From Candidatus Levyibacteriota bacterium (lineage in GTDB: Bacteria > Patescibacteriota > Microgenomatia > Levybacterales > UBA12049): 52,789 nucleotides of DNA. The stretch's first letter is position 1. Each line of letters starts with the position of its first letter. The notes beneath the pieces were generated by a model, which made no database searches, was not told where the DNA came from, and was given only the letters and a program-made list of their open reading frames with translations. The translations under genes were made by a program, and so were the position numbers. Positions 1 through 7,698 of the stretch are shown here, in pieces. The stretch covers positions 1 to 52,789 of the forward strand of contig DAIDHK010000008.1 in assembly GCA_027459725.1 (NCBI GenBank), read 5' to 3'.

Positions 1-620
1 ATGATGGAGGCTTGGCTAAGGGAGATTTTGCCTGGACGCTCAATTTTGTGGATGTGAAAGTCCAATGGACTGAGCAAGTAGCAGTAAAAAGCAAAGCGCA
101 GCAATATGTATTTACAGGCATTAAAACAATTCGGGGAAGGTTACCCTTCCCCTTACTTGGATACGATTCTGACTCAGGATCAGAATTTATCAATGACCAA
201 TTATACCGCTATAGTATAGCCGAAAAGATAACCTTTACAAGAGGAAGACCTGGTAAGAAAAATGACAATGCTTTTATTGAAGAGAAAAATGATTCTGTAG
301 TTCGACGTTGGGTTGGATACGGCAGATATGACACACAAGAACAAGTGAATATGTTAAATGAACTTTATGATCTACTCAGAGTCTATACTAATTTTTTCCT
401 ACCAGTACAAAAACTTGTGAAAAAAGAGAGGATTGGGAGTAAAATCAAAAAAATACATGATAAAGCAAAGACTCCATATCAACGAATTATTGAATCAGAT
501 GATGTTACAAAAAAGGTAAAAGATAGATTGAGAACACACTACAAAACGTTAAACCTTGTGAAACTAAAAAAACAAATTGACGAAACTATCAAGCGTTTGA
601 AACCAACAAAGATTAGGTGA
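1..620 (+). CDS. DDE (integrase-core/rve-type) transposase, C-terminal portion; frame is open to the window edge
   Basis: ORF 12..620 has no in-frame stop back to base 3. It contains DSDSGSEFIN and NAFIEEKN, which resemble the second Asp and the Glu of DDE integrase-core transposases. Confidence 0.6.
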   Translation, partial: DGGLAKGDFAWTLNFVDVKVQWTEQVAVKSKAQQYVFTGIKTIRGRLPFPLLGYDSDSGSEFINDQLYRYSIAEKITFTRGRPGKKNDNAFIEEKNDSVVRRWVGYGRYDTQEQVNMLNELYDLLRVYTNFFLPVQKLVKKERIGSKIKKIHDKAKTPYQRIIESDDVTKKVKDRLRTHYKTLNLVKLKKQIDETIKRLKPTKIR

Positions 621-680
621 TTCTTCCCTGAGTCTACGAATCGCTAATTAGGTGATTTATTCGTGAGTCGATATGGGTAT

Positions 681-1322
681 TTAGTCACTTTGATGATCAT
701 AATAAGAATGTCTCTTACGTGCTTTTCTTTCGGCTTGAAGTGCATTTTGTTCAAATGTTGTAGTAGATATTCTACTGTATTGAATACTTAAGGTGTCAGC
801 TGCTGCAGCTGCCATAATACTTTGAATATTTTGTTCGGTTAAATATGAGTTTGGATCAAAAAACCCCCATTCATCTGGAGTCAAATTATGTGGTCCAAAT
901 TTAACTTTTTCTTCTGGATGCATTTCAAAAATAACGACATGACGCGAATGATCATCTTTTCTTCTATGCACTTCATAATATCCTCTTAAGTAAGTCTTTA
1001 TTCGGTCTGTCCCACCCATTTGTTTGTTTAATGCATATAAAGCAACATTATGACGATCCATATTACGCAAGATTCCACCATAGATTGGTTGATCTCCACG
1101 TGGTATCCCAAACATGACCGGTTGTGACGAATGAGGTAAGTATCTTAAGATAGGATATCCCTGATCTTCATCCACTGCATCTATAAACCGCACTCTCCGC
1201 AGGTCAGTAAATTCTCTATCACGGGAAAATGAGGGTAGAGATTGTGACACAACCAAGCCTCCTTCTGTAGTAGAAGATGTAGGACTGGTTATTCTAGATG
1301 GTGCTAATTCGGTTAATCCCAT
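681..1322 (-). CDS. hypothetical soluble protein, no family recognised; lies directly behind a Leu-codon leader attenuator
   Basis: ORF 681..1370. Its first 16 codons overlap a terminator hairpin, so the ATG at 1322 (MGLTELAPS...), right after the U-tract, is the likely start. Confidence 0.6.
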   Translation of the reverse strand: MGLTELAPSRITSPTSSTTEGGLVVSQSLPSFSRDREFTDLRRVRFIDAVDEDQGYPILRYLPHSSQPVMFGIPRGDQPIYGGILRNMDRHNVALYALNKQMGGTDRIKTYLRGYYEVHRRKDDHSRHVVIFEMHPEEKVKFGPHNLTPDEWGFFDPNSYLTEQNIQSIMAAAAADTLSIQYSRISTTTFEQNALQAERKARKRHSYYDHQSD

Positions 1323-1343
1323 AAAAAAACCCGCTTTCGCGGG
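1323..1343 (-). terminator. intrinsic terminator CCCGC-GAAA-GCGGG-U7 (attenuator terminator, copy 1)
   Basis: Minus strand reads CCCGCGAAAGCGGGTTTTTTT. The hairpin and T-run are identical to the element at 5040..5060. Confidence 0.75.
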
Positions 1344-1379
1344 ATGTGATTTTGTGTTCGTTGCACGCAATCTAACCCG

Positions 1380-1430
1380 CTAAAAACGGATAAGAAGGAG
1401 AGCAACTAATACTTGATTTAGATTTGTCAT
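1380..1430 (-). CDS. 16-codon leader peptide MTNLNQVLVALLLIRF (5 Leu, 2 Val, 1 Ile)
   Basis: ATG at 1430, TAG at 1382-1380. The stop overlaps the GCGGG arm (1380-1376) that can pair with the terminator 5' arm (1343-1339). Confidence 0.6.
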   Translation of the reverse strand: MTNLNQVLVALLLIRF

Positions 1431-1437
1431 AGATAGT

Positions 1438-1467
1438 ATTTTACAAAAAATTAGCATTATTTGTCAA
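1438..1467 (-). promoter_or_regulatory. sigma70-like promoter TTGACA-18-TG-TAAAAT for the Leu-leader transcript
   Basis: Minus strand has TTGACA (1467-1462, overlapping the ridA stop) and an extended -10 TGTAAAAT (1445-1438). The leader ATG lies 7 nt downstream. Confidence 0.5.
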
Positions 1468-1844
1468 TTTTTTTTATAAGCTACAACTTCAATTTCTACT
1501 AATGCGTTTTTGGGTAATTGTGAAATCTCAACAGTTGAGCGAGCAGGTTTGTGTTGGCTAAAAAACGATCCATAGATCTTATTTACTTTTGTAAAATCAT
1601 TCATATCTGTTAAGAAGATTGTAGTCTTACAGATAGTTTCTAAACTATAACCTAACTCTTCCAACAAAGATTGAATATTCTCCATTATTTGTTTGGTTTG
1701 GAGCTCAACCCCTGAGGCCAATTCCCCCGTCTTTAAATTTAGTCCTATCTGTCCTGAGCAATAGATAGTTCCATTTTCCAGCATTATAGCCTGTGAATAT
1801 GGTCCGATAGCCTGAGGAGCTTTATTAGTTTGAATTTGTTTCAT
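1464..1844 (-). CDS. ridA: RidA/YjgF/TdcF family reactive-intermediate (enamine/imine) deaminase
   Basis: 126 aa. APQAIGPYSQAI, GQIGLN..TGEL and C-terminal VEIEVVA are the family hallmarks. Confidence 0.9.
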   Translation of the reverse strand: MKQIQTNKAPQAIGPYSQAIMLENGTIYCSGQIGLNLKTGELASGVELQTKQIMENIQSLLEELGYSLETICKTTIFLTDMNDFTKVNKIYGSFFSQHKPARSTVEISQLPKNALVEIEVVAYKKN

Positions 1845-1851
1845 AGTTTAT

Positions 1852-3096
1852 TTATACCAGATATTGATAAAGCATATCATCCTGTCTCAATATTCTATAT
1901 TGTATACCAATCTTATTCATTCTACTAATTAGTGAATCATAGTCCTTTGCGTTTTGTAATTCAATTCCAACTAAAGCCGGACCCTTTTCCTTGTTCGTTT
2001 TCTTTATGTATTCAAATCTAACAATATCATCTGTTGGTCCTAATGCTTTGTCGACAAACTGTCGTAATTGGCCTGGTTTTTGAGCAAACTCTATAATAAA
2101 GTAATGTTTACGACCAAGGTAGATTAGACTTCTCTCCAAAATTTCAGGATAACGCAGTAAGTCATTGTTTCCACCACTCAAGATACAAACTACCGTTTTA
2201 CCTTTTATGTCGTCCTTTACTTTTTCTAATGTAGAGATACTTAATGCACCTGCAGGTTCGGCTATAATACCATCTTTTTGGTATAGCTCAATCATAGTCG
2301 TACAATCCATTCCTTCAGGGATTGTCACAATCTTTGATAAATATTTTTGACAAATGGCAAAAGTCATATTTCCTACAGTTTTTACGGCCGCACCATCGAC
2401 GAAAGTATCTATTGTTTCCAATGACACTACTGATCCGTTAGAGACTGAAGAATGCATACCTGCTGCACCTTTAGGTTCAGTACCAATGATAATAATCTTG
2501 GTGTTCTTTTGTTTAAGATAACTTGAGACACCAGATGTTAGTCCTCCGCCACCAATTGGGGATATAACCATATCAACTTTACCTGCTGTTTGTTCATAAA
2601 TTTCCTTGCCTACAGTTCCTTGTCCTGCAATAACTAATGGGTCATCGAAGGGATGAACATAGACCATATTGTTTTGTTTGGTGTATATTTTTGACTCTAT
2701 ACTGGCGTCATCAAACGTATCTCCAACCAGTTTGACTTCTACATACTTTTGACCAAACTGTTTGACTTTTTCAATTTTTTGGTTAGGTGTTACACGAGGC
2801 ATAAATATAACACCTTTAATTTTTTGTAAATAACAACTTAGAGCTACACCTTGTGCATGATTTCCTGCACTGGCGCACACAACACCTCTTTTTTGCTCTT
2901 CTGGTGTAAGGGAGGCTATCTTGTTGTATGCTCCCCGTATTTTAAATGAACGTACTTCCTGTAAATCTTCACGTTTTAGGTAAATATTAGCTTTATAAAG
3001 CTTTGAAAGGCGTTTTGAGTATTGCAAGGGTGTTTGCAGTACGATGTTTTGCAGAGTTTTTGCAGCCTCTTCAATTTGTTGTGTAGTTACTTTCAT
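1852..3096 (-). CDS. ilvA: threonine ammonia-lyase (biosynthetic threonine dehydratase) with one C-terminal ACT-like domain
   Basis: 414 aa. Has the PLP-lysine motif SFKIRGAYNK, plus GNHAQG and a GGGGL glycine loop. Overlaps ilvN by 4 nt. Confidence 0.9.
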   Translation of the reverse strand: MKVTTQQIEEAAKTLQNIVLQTPLQYSKRLSKLYKANIYLKREDLQEVRSFKIRGAYNKIASLTPEEQKRGVVCASAGNHAQGVALSCYLQKIKGVIFMPRVTPNQKIEKVKQFGQKYVEVKLVGDTFDDASIESKIYTKQNNMVYVHPFDDPLVIAGQGTVGKEIYEQTAGKVDMVISPIGGGGLTSGVSSYLKQKNTKIIIIGTEPKGAAGMHSSVSNGSVVSLETIDTFVDGAAVKTVGNMTFAICQKYLSKIVTIPEGMDCTTMIELYQKDGIIAEPAGALSISTLEKVKDDIKGKTVVCILSGGNNDLLRYPEILERSLIYLGRKHYFIIEFAQKPGQLRQFVDKALGPTDDIVRFEYIKKTNKEKGPALVGIELQNAKDYDSLISRMNKIGIQYRILRQDDMLYQYLV

Positions 3097-3332
3097 ATTA
3101 ATTGAACTTCCTCAACTTCATATATTTTTTCCATCTGTTTGCAAATTACCTGCAGATTTTTTTTCTCGGCAGAAATCTTTATCGTAAATTTTGCTTTTAG
3201 GTTTTTCTCTAAAGCTTTAACTTCTAAATAATCTACATTTATTTTTCTTCTGACAAACATACCAGCAATTCTATATAACACGCCAGGGGTATTAAGTGAA
3301 ATTATTGATATGGTATGCGTTGTGTTAGTCAT
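3093..3332 (-). CDS. ilvN: acetolactate synthase small (regulatory, ACT-domain) subunit
   Basis: 79 aa. HTISIISLNTPGVLYRIAGMFVRRKINV is ACT-domain-like. It lies immediately downstream of ilvB. Confidence 0.8.
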   Translation of the reverse strand: MTNTTHTISIISLNTPGVLYRIAGMFVRRKINVDYLEVKALEKNLKAKFTIKISAEKKNLQVICKQMEKIYEVEEVQLI

Positions 3333-3336
3333 AGCT

Positions 3337-5028
3337 TTAAGACAGTCTTATTTTATCCACGCTTGCACCAGTTGGTATCATAGGAAATACGTTAGTTTCT
3401 TTTATTACCTTTATTTCAAGTAAATAAGCGTTCTTACTTCTCCAGAGTTGTTGTAATGACTTTTTCAGTTCAGATTTTTTTATTACTTTTTTAGCTGAAA
3501 TATTGTATGCCTTAGCCAGTGTGACAAAATCAGGGCTGTCAATATTAACAAAAGAATATCTTTTTGTAAAAAATAATTCCTGCCATTGTCTTACCATGCC
3601 TAAATAATGATTATTCAGGATTACTACTTTGACTGGAATATTCTCTTGCATAATTGTTCCCAGTTCCTGTAACGTCATTTGGAAGCTACCATCTCCAATT
3701 ATTGCGATGACTTCTTTTTCCGGATGAGCTACTTTGACACCTATGGCGGCTGGTAAGGCAAAACCCATTGTACCTGCTCCTCCGGAGGTGATGAAGTGAT
3801 TTGGATATGTATGTTTATAGTAGCGAGCAGTAACCATCTGATGTTGTCCAACATCTGTTACAATGATGGCTTTGCCATTTGTTAATTCAGCTATTTGGTT
3901 TACTACCTCAGACATTGATAACCTATCATTCTCAGAAGGATGAATATCATGTTCGATAACTTGCTTATATTCTTGACTGTGTAGTTTGTGGAATTCTTCT
4001 TTCCAACTTGTATGGCTTTGTTTTTTGATTAAAGGAATCAGTTTCTCCAGAGCTATTTTAGCATCGGCTTGCAAGGATGTAGCTATCCCTACGTTTTTAT
4101 TAAATTCACTGGCGTCTATGTCGATATGAACTATCGTGGCTTGTCTGGCATAGGTTGAGGTGGTGCTTGTTACCCTGTCGTCAAAACGCATACCCAAAGC
4201 GATTATGACATCGGCTCTATTAGTAAGAACATTCGGGGCGTAATTGCCATGCATACCTAACATACCGGCATAATTAGGATGGTTAACGGGTATTGCAGTT
4301 AATCCATGTAATGTACATGCAACTGGTGCATCCATTTTCTCAACTAGCAACTTTAATTCCTTTTCTGCGTTGGCTATTAGAATTCCATGTCCGGCTAAGA
4401 TTAATGGTCTTTCAGCTTGATTTATTATACCTGCAATTTGTTTTAGTAATTTTTTATCTAGTTTTAAATGCGACTGTTTATCCTTTGTTTTTTTAACTGA
4501 TATATAATCACAGATATTTAGTTGTACATCTTTGGTAATATCAATAACGATTGGTCCGGGTCTACCTGAATTAGCAATTTTAAAAGCTTTATGCATTACT
4601 TCACTGATCTCTTCCCCCTTGGTAATCTGGTAGTTCCATTTTGTGATGGGAGTTGTAATGCCGATAACATCTACTTCCTGAAAAGCATCGCTGCCGACTA
4701 GATGAGATGCAACTTGTCCTGTTATACAGACCAGTGGCACTGAATCAAGCATAGCGTCGGCTATTCCTGTCACTAAGTTTGTTGCCCCGGGTCCTGAAGT
4801 GGCAAAACACACACCTGTTTTACCGCTAGTTCGAGCATACCCTTCAGCAGCATGTGCTGCCCCCTGTTCATGTCTAACCAAAACATGCCTTACTTTGTCT
4901 TTATAATCATACAACGCATCATAGATAGGCATTATCGCTCCTCCTGGATAGCCAAAAATAGTATCCACGTTTTCTGCAATTAATGACTCCATGACGGCGT
5001 TGGCGCCAGTTATTTTTTTACCTCTCAT
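3337..5028 (-). CDS. ilvB: acetolactate synthase large (catalytic, ThDP-dependent) subunit
   Basis: Has GYPGGAI, GPGATN and GDGSFQM..NN (ThDP motif). The ORF extends to 5082, but codons 1-18 cover the leader terminator, so ATG 5028 (MRGKKITGANAV...) is the preferred start. Confidence 0.9.
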   Translation of the reverse strand: MRGKKITGANAVMESLIAENVDTIFGYPGGAIMPIYDALYDYKDKVRHVLVRHEQGAAHAAEGYARTSGKTGVCFATSGPGATNLVTGIADAMLDSVPLVCITGQVASHLVGSDAFQEVDVIGITTPITKWNYQITKGEEISEVMHKAFKIANSGRPGPIVIDITKDVQLNICDYISVKKTKDKQSHLKLDKKLLKQIAGIINQAERPLILAGHGILIANAEKELKLLVEKMDAPVACTLHGLTAIPVNHPNYAGMLGMHGNYAPNVLTNRADVIIALGMRFDDRVTSTTSTYARQATIVHIDIDASEFNKNVGIATSLQADAKIALEKLIPLIKKQSHTSWKEEFHKLHSQEYKQVIEHDIHPSENDRLSMSEVVNQIAELTNGKAIIVTDVGQHQMVTARYYKHTYPNHFITSGGAGTMGFALPAAIGVKVAHPEKEVIAIIGDGSFQMTLQELGTIMQENIPVKVVILNNHYLGMVRQWQELFFTKRYSFVNIDSPDFVTLAKAYNISAKKVIKKSELKKSLQQLWRSKNAYLLEIKVIKETNVFPMIPTGASVDKIRLS

Positions 5029-5039
5029 ATTTTTCTCAT

Positions 5040-5060
5040 AAAAAAACCCGCTTTCGCGGG
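5040..5060 (-). terminator. intrinsic terminator CCCGC-GAAA-GCGGG-U7 (attenuator terminator, copy 2, ilv leader)
   Basis: Same hairpin and T-run as at 1323..1343. It lies 12 nt upstream of the ilvB ATG. Confidence 0.75.
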
Positions 5061-5096
5061 GTATTTGTTTGTTTTGCTCCACACAAATACGCCGCT

Positions 5097-5144
5097 TTAA
5101 CGGGTAATAATGAGAGCAACAATAATGTTTTGATTTCTTAACAT
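5097..5144 (-). CDS. 15-codon ilv leader peptide MLRNQNIIVALIITR (4 Ile, 1 Val, 2 Leu, 1 Thr)
   Basis: These are the last 15 codons of ORF 5097..5315. ATG at 5144, TAA at 5099-5097, followed by antiterminator and terminator alternatives. Confidence 0.65.
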   Translation of the reverse strand: MLRNQNIIVALIITR

Positions 5145-5150
5145 GAAAAT

Positions 5151-5180
5151 ATTATAGACTTTCTCAACACAGAAAAGCAA
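5151..5180 (-). promoter_or_regulatory. sigma70-like promoter TTGCTT-18-TATAAT for the ilv leader
   Basis: Minus strand has TTGCTT (5180-5175) and TATAAT (5156-5151). The leader-peptide ATG starts 6 nt after the -10. Confidence 0.5.
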
Positions 5181-5190
5181 GCATCTGTTT

Positions 5191-5871
5191 TTAGCCTGCT
5201 TGTGTAGCCACATTGCGGTCATGGTGCAATAAGAAGGTGGTACCCTCTTTCTTAGCTCTTTGCCAGAAACCATTTTTCTTCTTGCCTTTAATTGCTGCCT
5301 GCCACGCCCCTGCATCTTCTACTTTCATGCGTGCTTGTCGAATAACAGTCAGTACCCACTGGAAAAAACTAACATGATATTTACCTGGATTCTTAGGAGC
5401 CTGAGACATACTAACTTGACTGAATTCCACCTGCAGCATGCTAGAAGAAGAGACCAGTTTTTGTAATTCCATCTGAATTTCTTGAATTGATTGCCTGAGC
5501 TCTGCTTTTTCTTTTGCATGCATCCGTGATTCAACAGTAGCAATTTCACGGTTATAGTCCATCCCCGGTGCGACTTCTTGTTTGTGGGTGGTTTCTTTAA
5601 CTATCTGCTCATTCTGGCCAAACAAAAAGTCACCCCAAGAACTGTCTTTTTTAACAGTCACTTTGCTTTTGCCCAGATGCAATTCTTGTCCTGGTTTTAA
5701 ATCACCTGATTGTGCTTGGGAGGTGAACTCTCCTGAGCCTATAATCTGATCTAAGAAGCCCTTGCTCCACTGTTTAGTTTCTTCGCTTAAGCCGCGTAAT
5801 ATCGAATCGGAAGCTCTTTCTTCCAATTCTAGTGGATTTTTTACCTGATTAGTATGTTTTTTTGAAGCCAT
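5191..5871 (-). CDS. hypothetical protein
   Basis: 226-aa ORF with a coiled-coil-like middle and a basic C-terminus. No family recognised with confidence. Confidence 0.6.
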   Translation of the reverse strand: MASKKHTNQVKNPLELEERASDSILRGLSEETKQWSKGFLDQIIGSGEFTSQAQSGDLKPGQELHLGKSKVTVKKDSSWGDFLFGQNEQIVKETTHKQEVAPGMDYNREIATVESRMHAKEKAELRQSIQEIQMELQKLVSSSSMLQVEFSQVSMSQAPKNPGKYHVSFFQWVLTVIRQARMKVEDAGAWQAAIKGKKKNGFWQRAKKEGTTFLLHHDRNVATQAG

Positions 5872-5887
5872 GATAAGGCCGAGAGTA

Positions 5888-6736
5888 TCATATATTTTTC
5901 AAAAAATCAAGCGTCTTTTGTTGTCTAAGAATACTAGCAAGCATATAGCGATTTTGCTCTAAATAAGTTTTCTCTTCAGGCGATTTAGCTTTGTTGATCG
6001 CTTCTTCTAGTTCTTTGTCTTCTACGGTAATATTTTCATCTTCAGATATCTTTTGCAGTACCAATTCTACCTTGATGTCATTTTCTGCCTTTAGGGTATA
6101 TTCCTGTTTGAGCGTCTCAGGAGTTTTTTTAGTTGAAGACAAATATTGCTCAAGAGTTAAGCCTAGTCGCTTTATTTCATCTAGAGTTTGAGCTAAAAAT
6201 CGATCTACCTCTTGTTCAACCAGCATTTGCGGAATTCTAACTTTAGCTTCTTTAGTCACAATCTCCATCATTTCATCAAAGCTTGGTTCTTTTTGTTCTT
6301 TGCCCGGCACTACAATCTTGCTCTTTGCCGTAAGACTTTTGATCTTATCTTTGTAATCTCCTAATCTCACCTCAGGCATTTCACAGGTAGTAGCCTTGAA
6401 GACCCATGGTTGACCGCTTTCAAGTTTATCAACGTGAATTTGTGGGTTAGCCATAGGCCGGATATCGTGCTCACGCACAGCTTCGCTGTACGCAGCTGGC
6501 AAGAGGTCTCGTAGTGTTTCTTCCTGAAGCTTCTGTGGATCTGTATGCTCTAGAACGACCTTCTTAGGAGCTTTCCCTGGCCGGAAGCCTTGTATATTGG
6601 CACGCTGTACTAATCGATCTATAACTGAATCCTGAGCCTTTTGGACAGTATTCCAAGGGATTTCCACGGTCAATACTATATTACCACTATCTTCCCTTTT
6701 TATTATTGATTTTTTCTCTGTTTTTTTTTCAGTCAT
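5888..6736 (-). CDS. tig: trigger factor, short form lacking the PPIase domain
   Basis: N-terminal ribosome-binding signature GFRPGKAP and a C-terminal-domain-like region. Only 282 aa, against about 430 aa for canonical Tig. Confidence 0.75.
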   Translation of the reverse strand: MTEKKTEKKSIIKREDSGNIVLTVEIPWNTVQKAQDSVIDRLVQRANIQGFRPGKAPKKVVLEHTDPQKLQEETLRDLLPAAYSEAVREHDIRPMANPQIHVDKLESGQPWVFKATTCEMPEVRLGDYKDKIKSLTAKSKIVVPGKEQKEPSFDEMMEIVTKEAKVRIPQMLVEQEVDRFLAQTLDEIKRLGLTLEQYLSSTKKTPETLKQEYTLKAENDIKVELVLQKISEDENITVEDKELEEAINKAKSPEEKTYLEQNRYMLASILRQQKTLDFLKNI

Positions 6737-6824
6737 AGATTGTCAATTATACTATTTTAGGCTTAAAGGCAATTCCCATTTATCTTAAGCACATTTTGCC
6801 TCTATTTCAACCGAATTGGTATTG

Positions 6825-6905
6825 TGCGGACGAAGGGAGTTGAACCCCCACGCCTTACGGCACAAGGTCCTAAACCTTGCGTGTCTACCATTCCACCACG
6901 TCCGC
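6825..6905 (-). tRNA. tRNA-Leu (anticodon UAG), type II with long variable arm
   Basis: Hand-folded cloverleaf: GCGGACG acceptor, anticodon loop TTTAGGA, variable arm TGCCGTAAGGCGT, T-loop TTCAACT. No encoded CCA. Confidence 0.9.
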
Positions 6906-6945
6906 TTGGCCTGCCGCACTTTGTATTGAGTGAATTATACTATGA

Positions 6946-7506
6946 TTAGAGAGAAATTGGAAGTGACTCAGTCTGAAATTTAGTTGAGTAGTCCTGAAGG
7001 TCTTTCATATTGGCTTCTACTCTGACTGCCCAGGTGGGTGAAGCAGCATAAATTCTACCGATTTGATCTACGGTGATAGCTCCTTTATCTATATAGTCAT
7101 TCCTTAAGGCAGCGGAAACTGTGGCAATACCATCATCCCATGAATTGAAATAGCGTACGTTGTCTCCATAAATGCCATAACCGTAACAGTTGTACGAGCT
7201 TACTGGAATTTCCAGACAATAACCTGATTCTAATCCCGCAATAGATGGAATCAATTTCCAGTCTAGTTTGTACTTATCCGCTTCTTGAATAATATAATCA
7301 GCCTCATCAGCTAAAGGTGAGTTTTTAATCTCAAGATAGCTTTTTAGGGCTTGCCCACGATAATCTACCACCTGTTGTGCTGAAACAGTTGAGATTGCGA
7401 GGGTCGCAGAAGAGCCTGATGCGTCATTTGAAGCGAATGCTTCGAGAGGGAATCTCATCGCCAAGAGGAAAGTTGCGATGAGAAACAGATTTACCTTGTT
7501 TCTCAT
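6946..7506 (-). CDS. secreted protein, paralog of 7699..8280; possible cell-wall glycosidase or lytic-transglycosylase-like protein
   Basis: Signal-peptide-like MRNKVNLFLIATFLLA (start moved to 7506). Shares LIPSIAGLESGYC...SYNCYGYGIYG with its neighbour. Confidence 0.55.
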   Translation of the reverse strand: MRNKVNLFLIATFLLAMRFPLEAFASNDASGSSATLAISTVSAQQVVDYRGQALKSYLEIKNSPLADEADYIIQEADKYKLDWKLIPSIAGLESGYCLEIPVSSYNCYGYGIYGDNVRYFNSWDDGIATVSAALRNDYIDKGAITVDQIGRIYAASPTWAVRVEANMKDLQDYSTKFQTESLPISL

Positions 7507-7698
7507 ATTGGGAAGCAAGTTAGGGCGAGCCGGAACTTGGAAGTCCCAGCCCTTCCCTACTATGGGCGATTCTATCATGTAACTATAGGGTTGTCAAGGA
7601 TATTACTATGGGTAAGATGAGGGAATAGCCACGATTTTAGATAGGATTAACGACATTATTTGAATCTTGTTATCCGAATAATTTAATGGATAAATCTA

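Noticed and set aside
621-680. ACGAAT...ATTCGT inverted repeat downstream of the transposase, considered as the IS terminal inverted repeat
   Set aside because: The left end of the IS is outside the window, so a terminal inverted repeat cannot be verified. The 6-bp repeat could equally be a weak terminator.
2165-4496. Plus-strand ORFs 2165..2350 and 4293..4496 inside ilvA and ilvB
   Set aside because: They are antisense to high-confidence biosynthetic genes, and no motifs were found.
5029-5082. N-terminal extensions of ilvB (to 5082) and of the orphan gene (1323..1370)
   Set aside because: Both extensions would translate through the identical terminator hairpin and U-tract. The internal ATGs directly after the hairpin give proper N-termini.
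5097-5315. 72-aa minus-strand ORF spanning the 3' end of gene 5191..5871 and the ilv leader
   Set aside because: The upstream part overlaps another gene out of frame and crosses the predicted promoter. Only the last 15 codons, from the ATG at 5144, are interpreted as a leader peptide.
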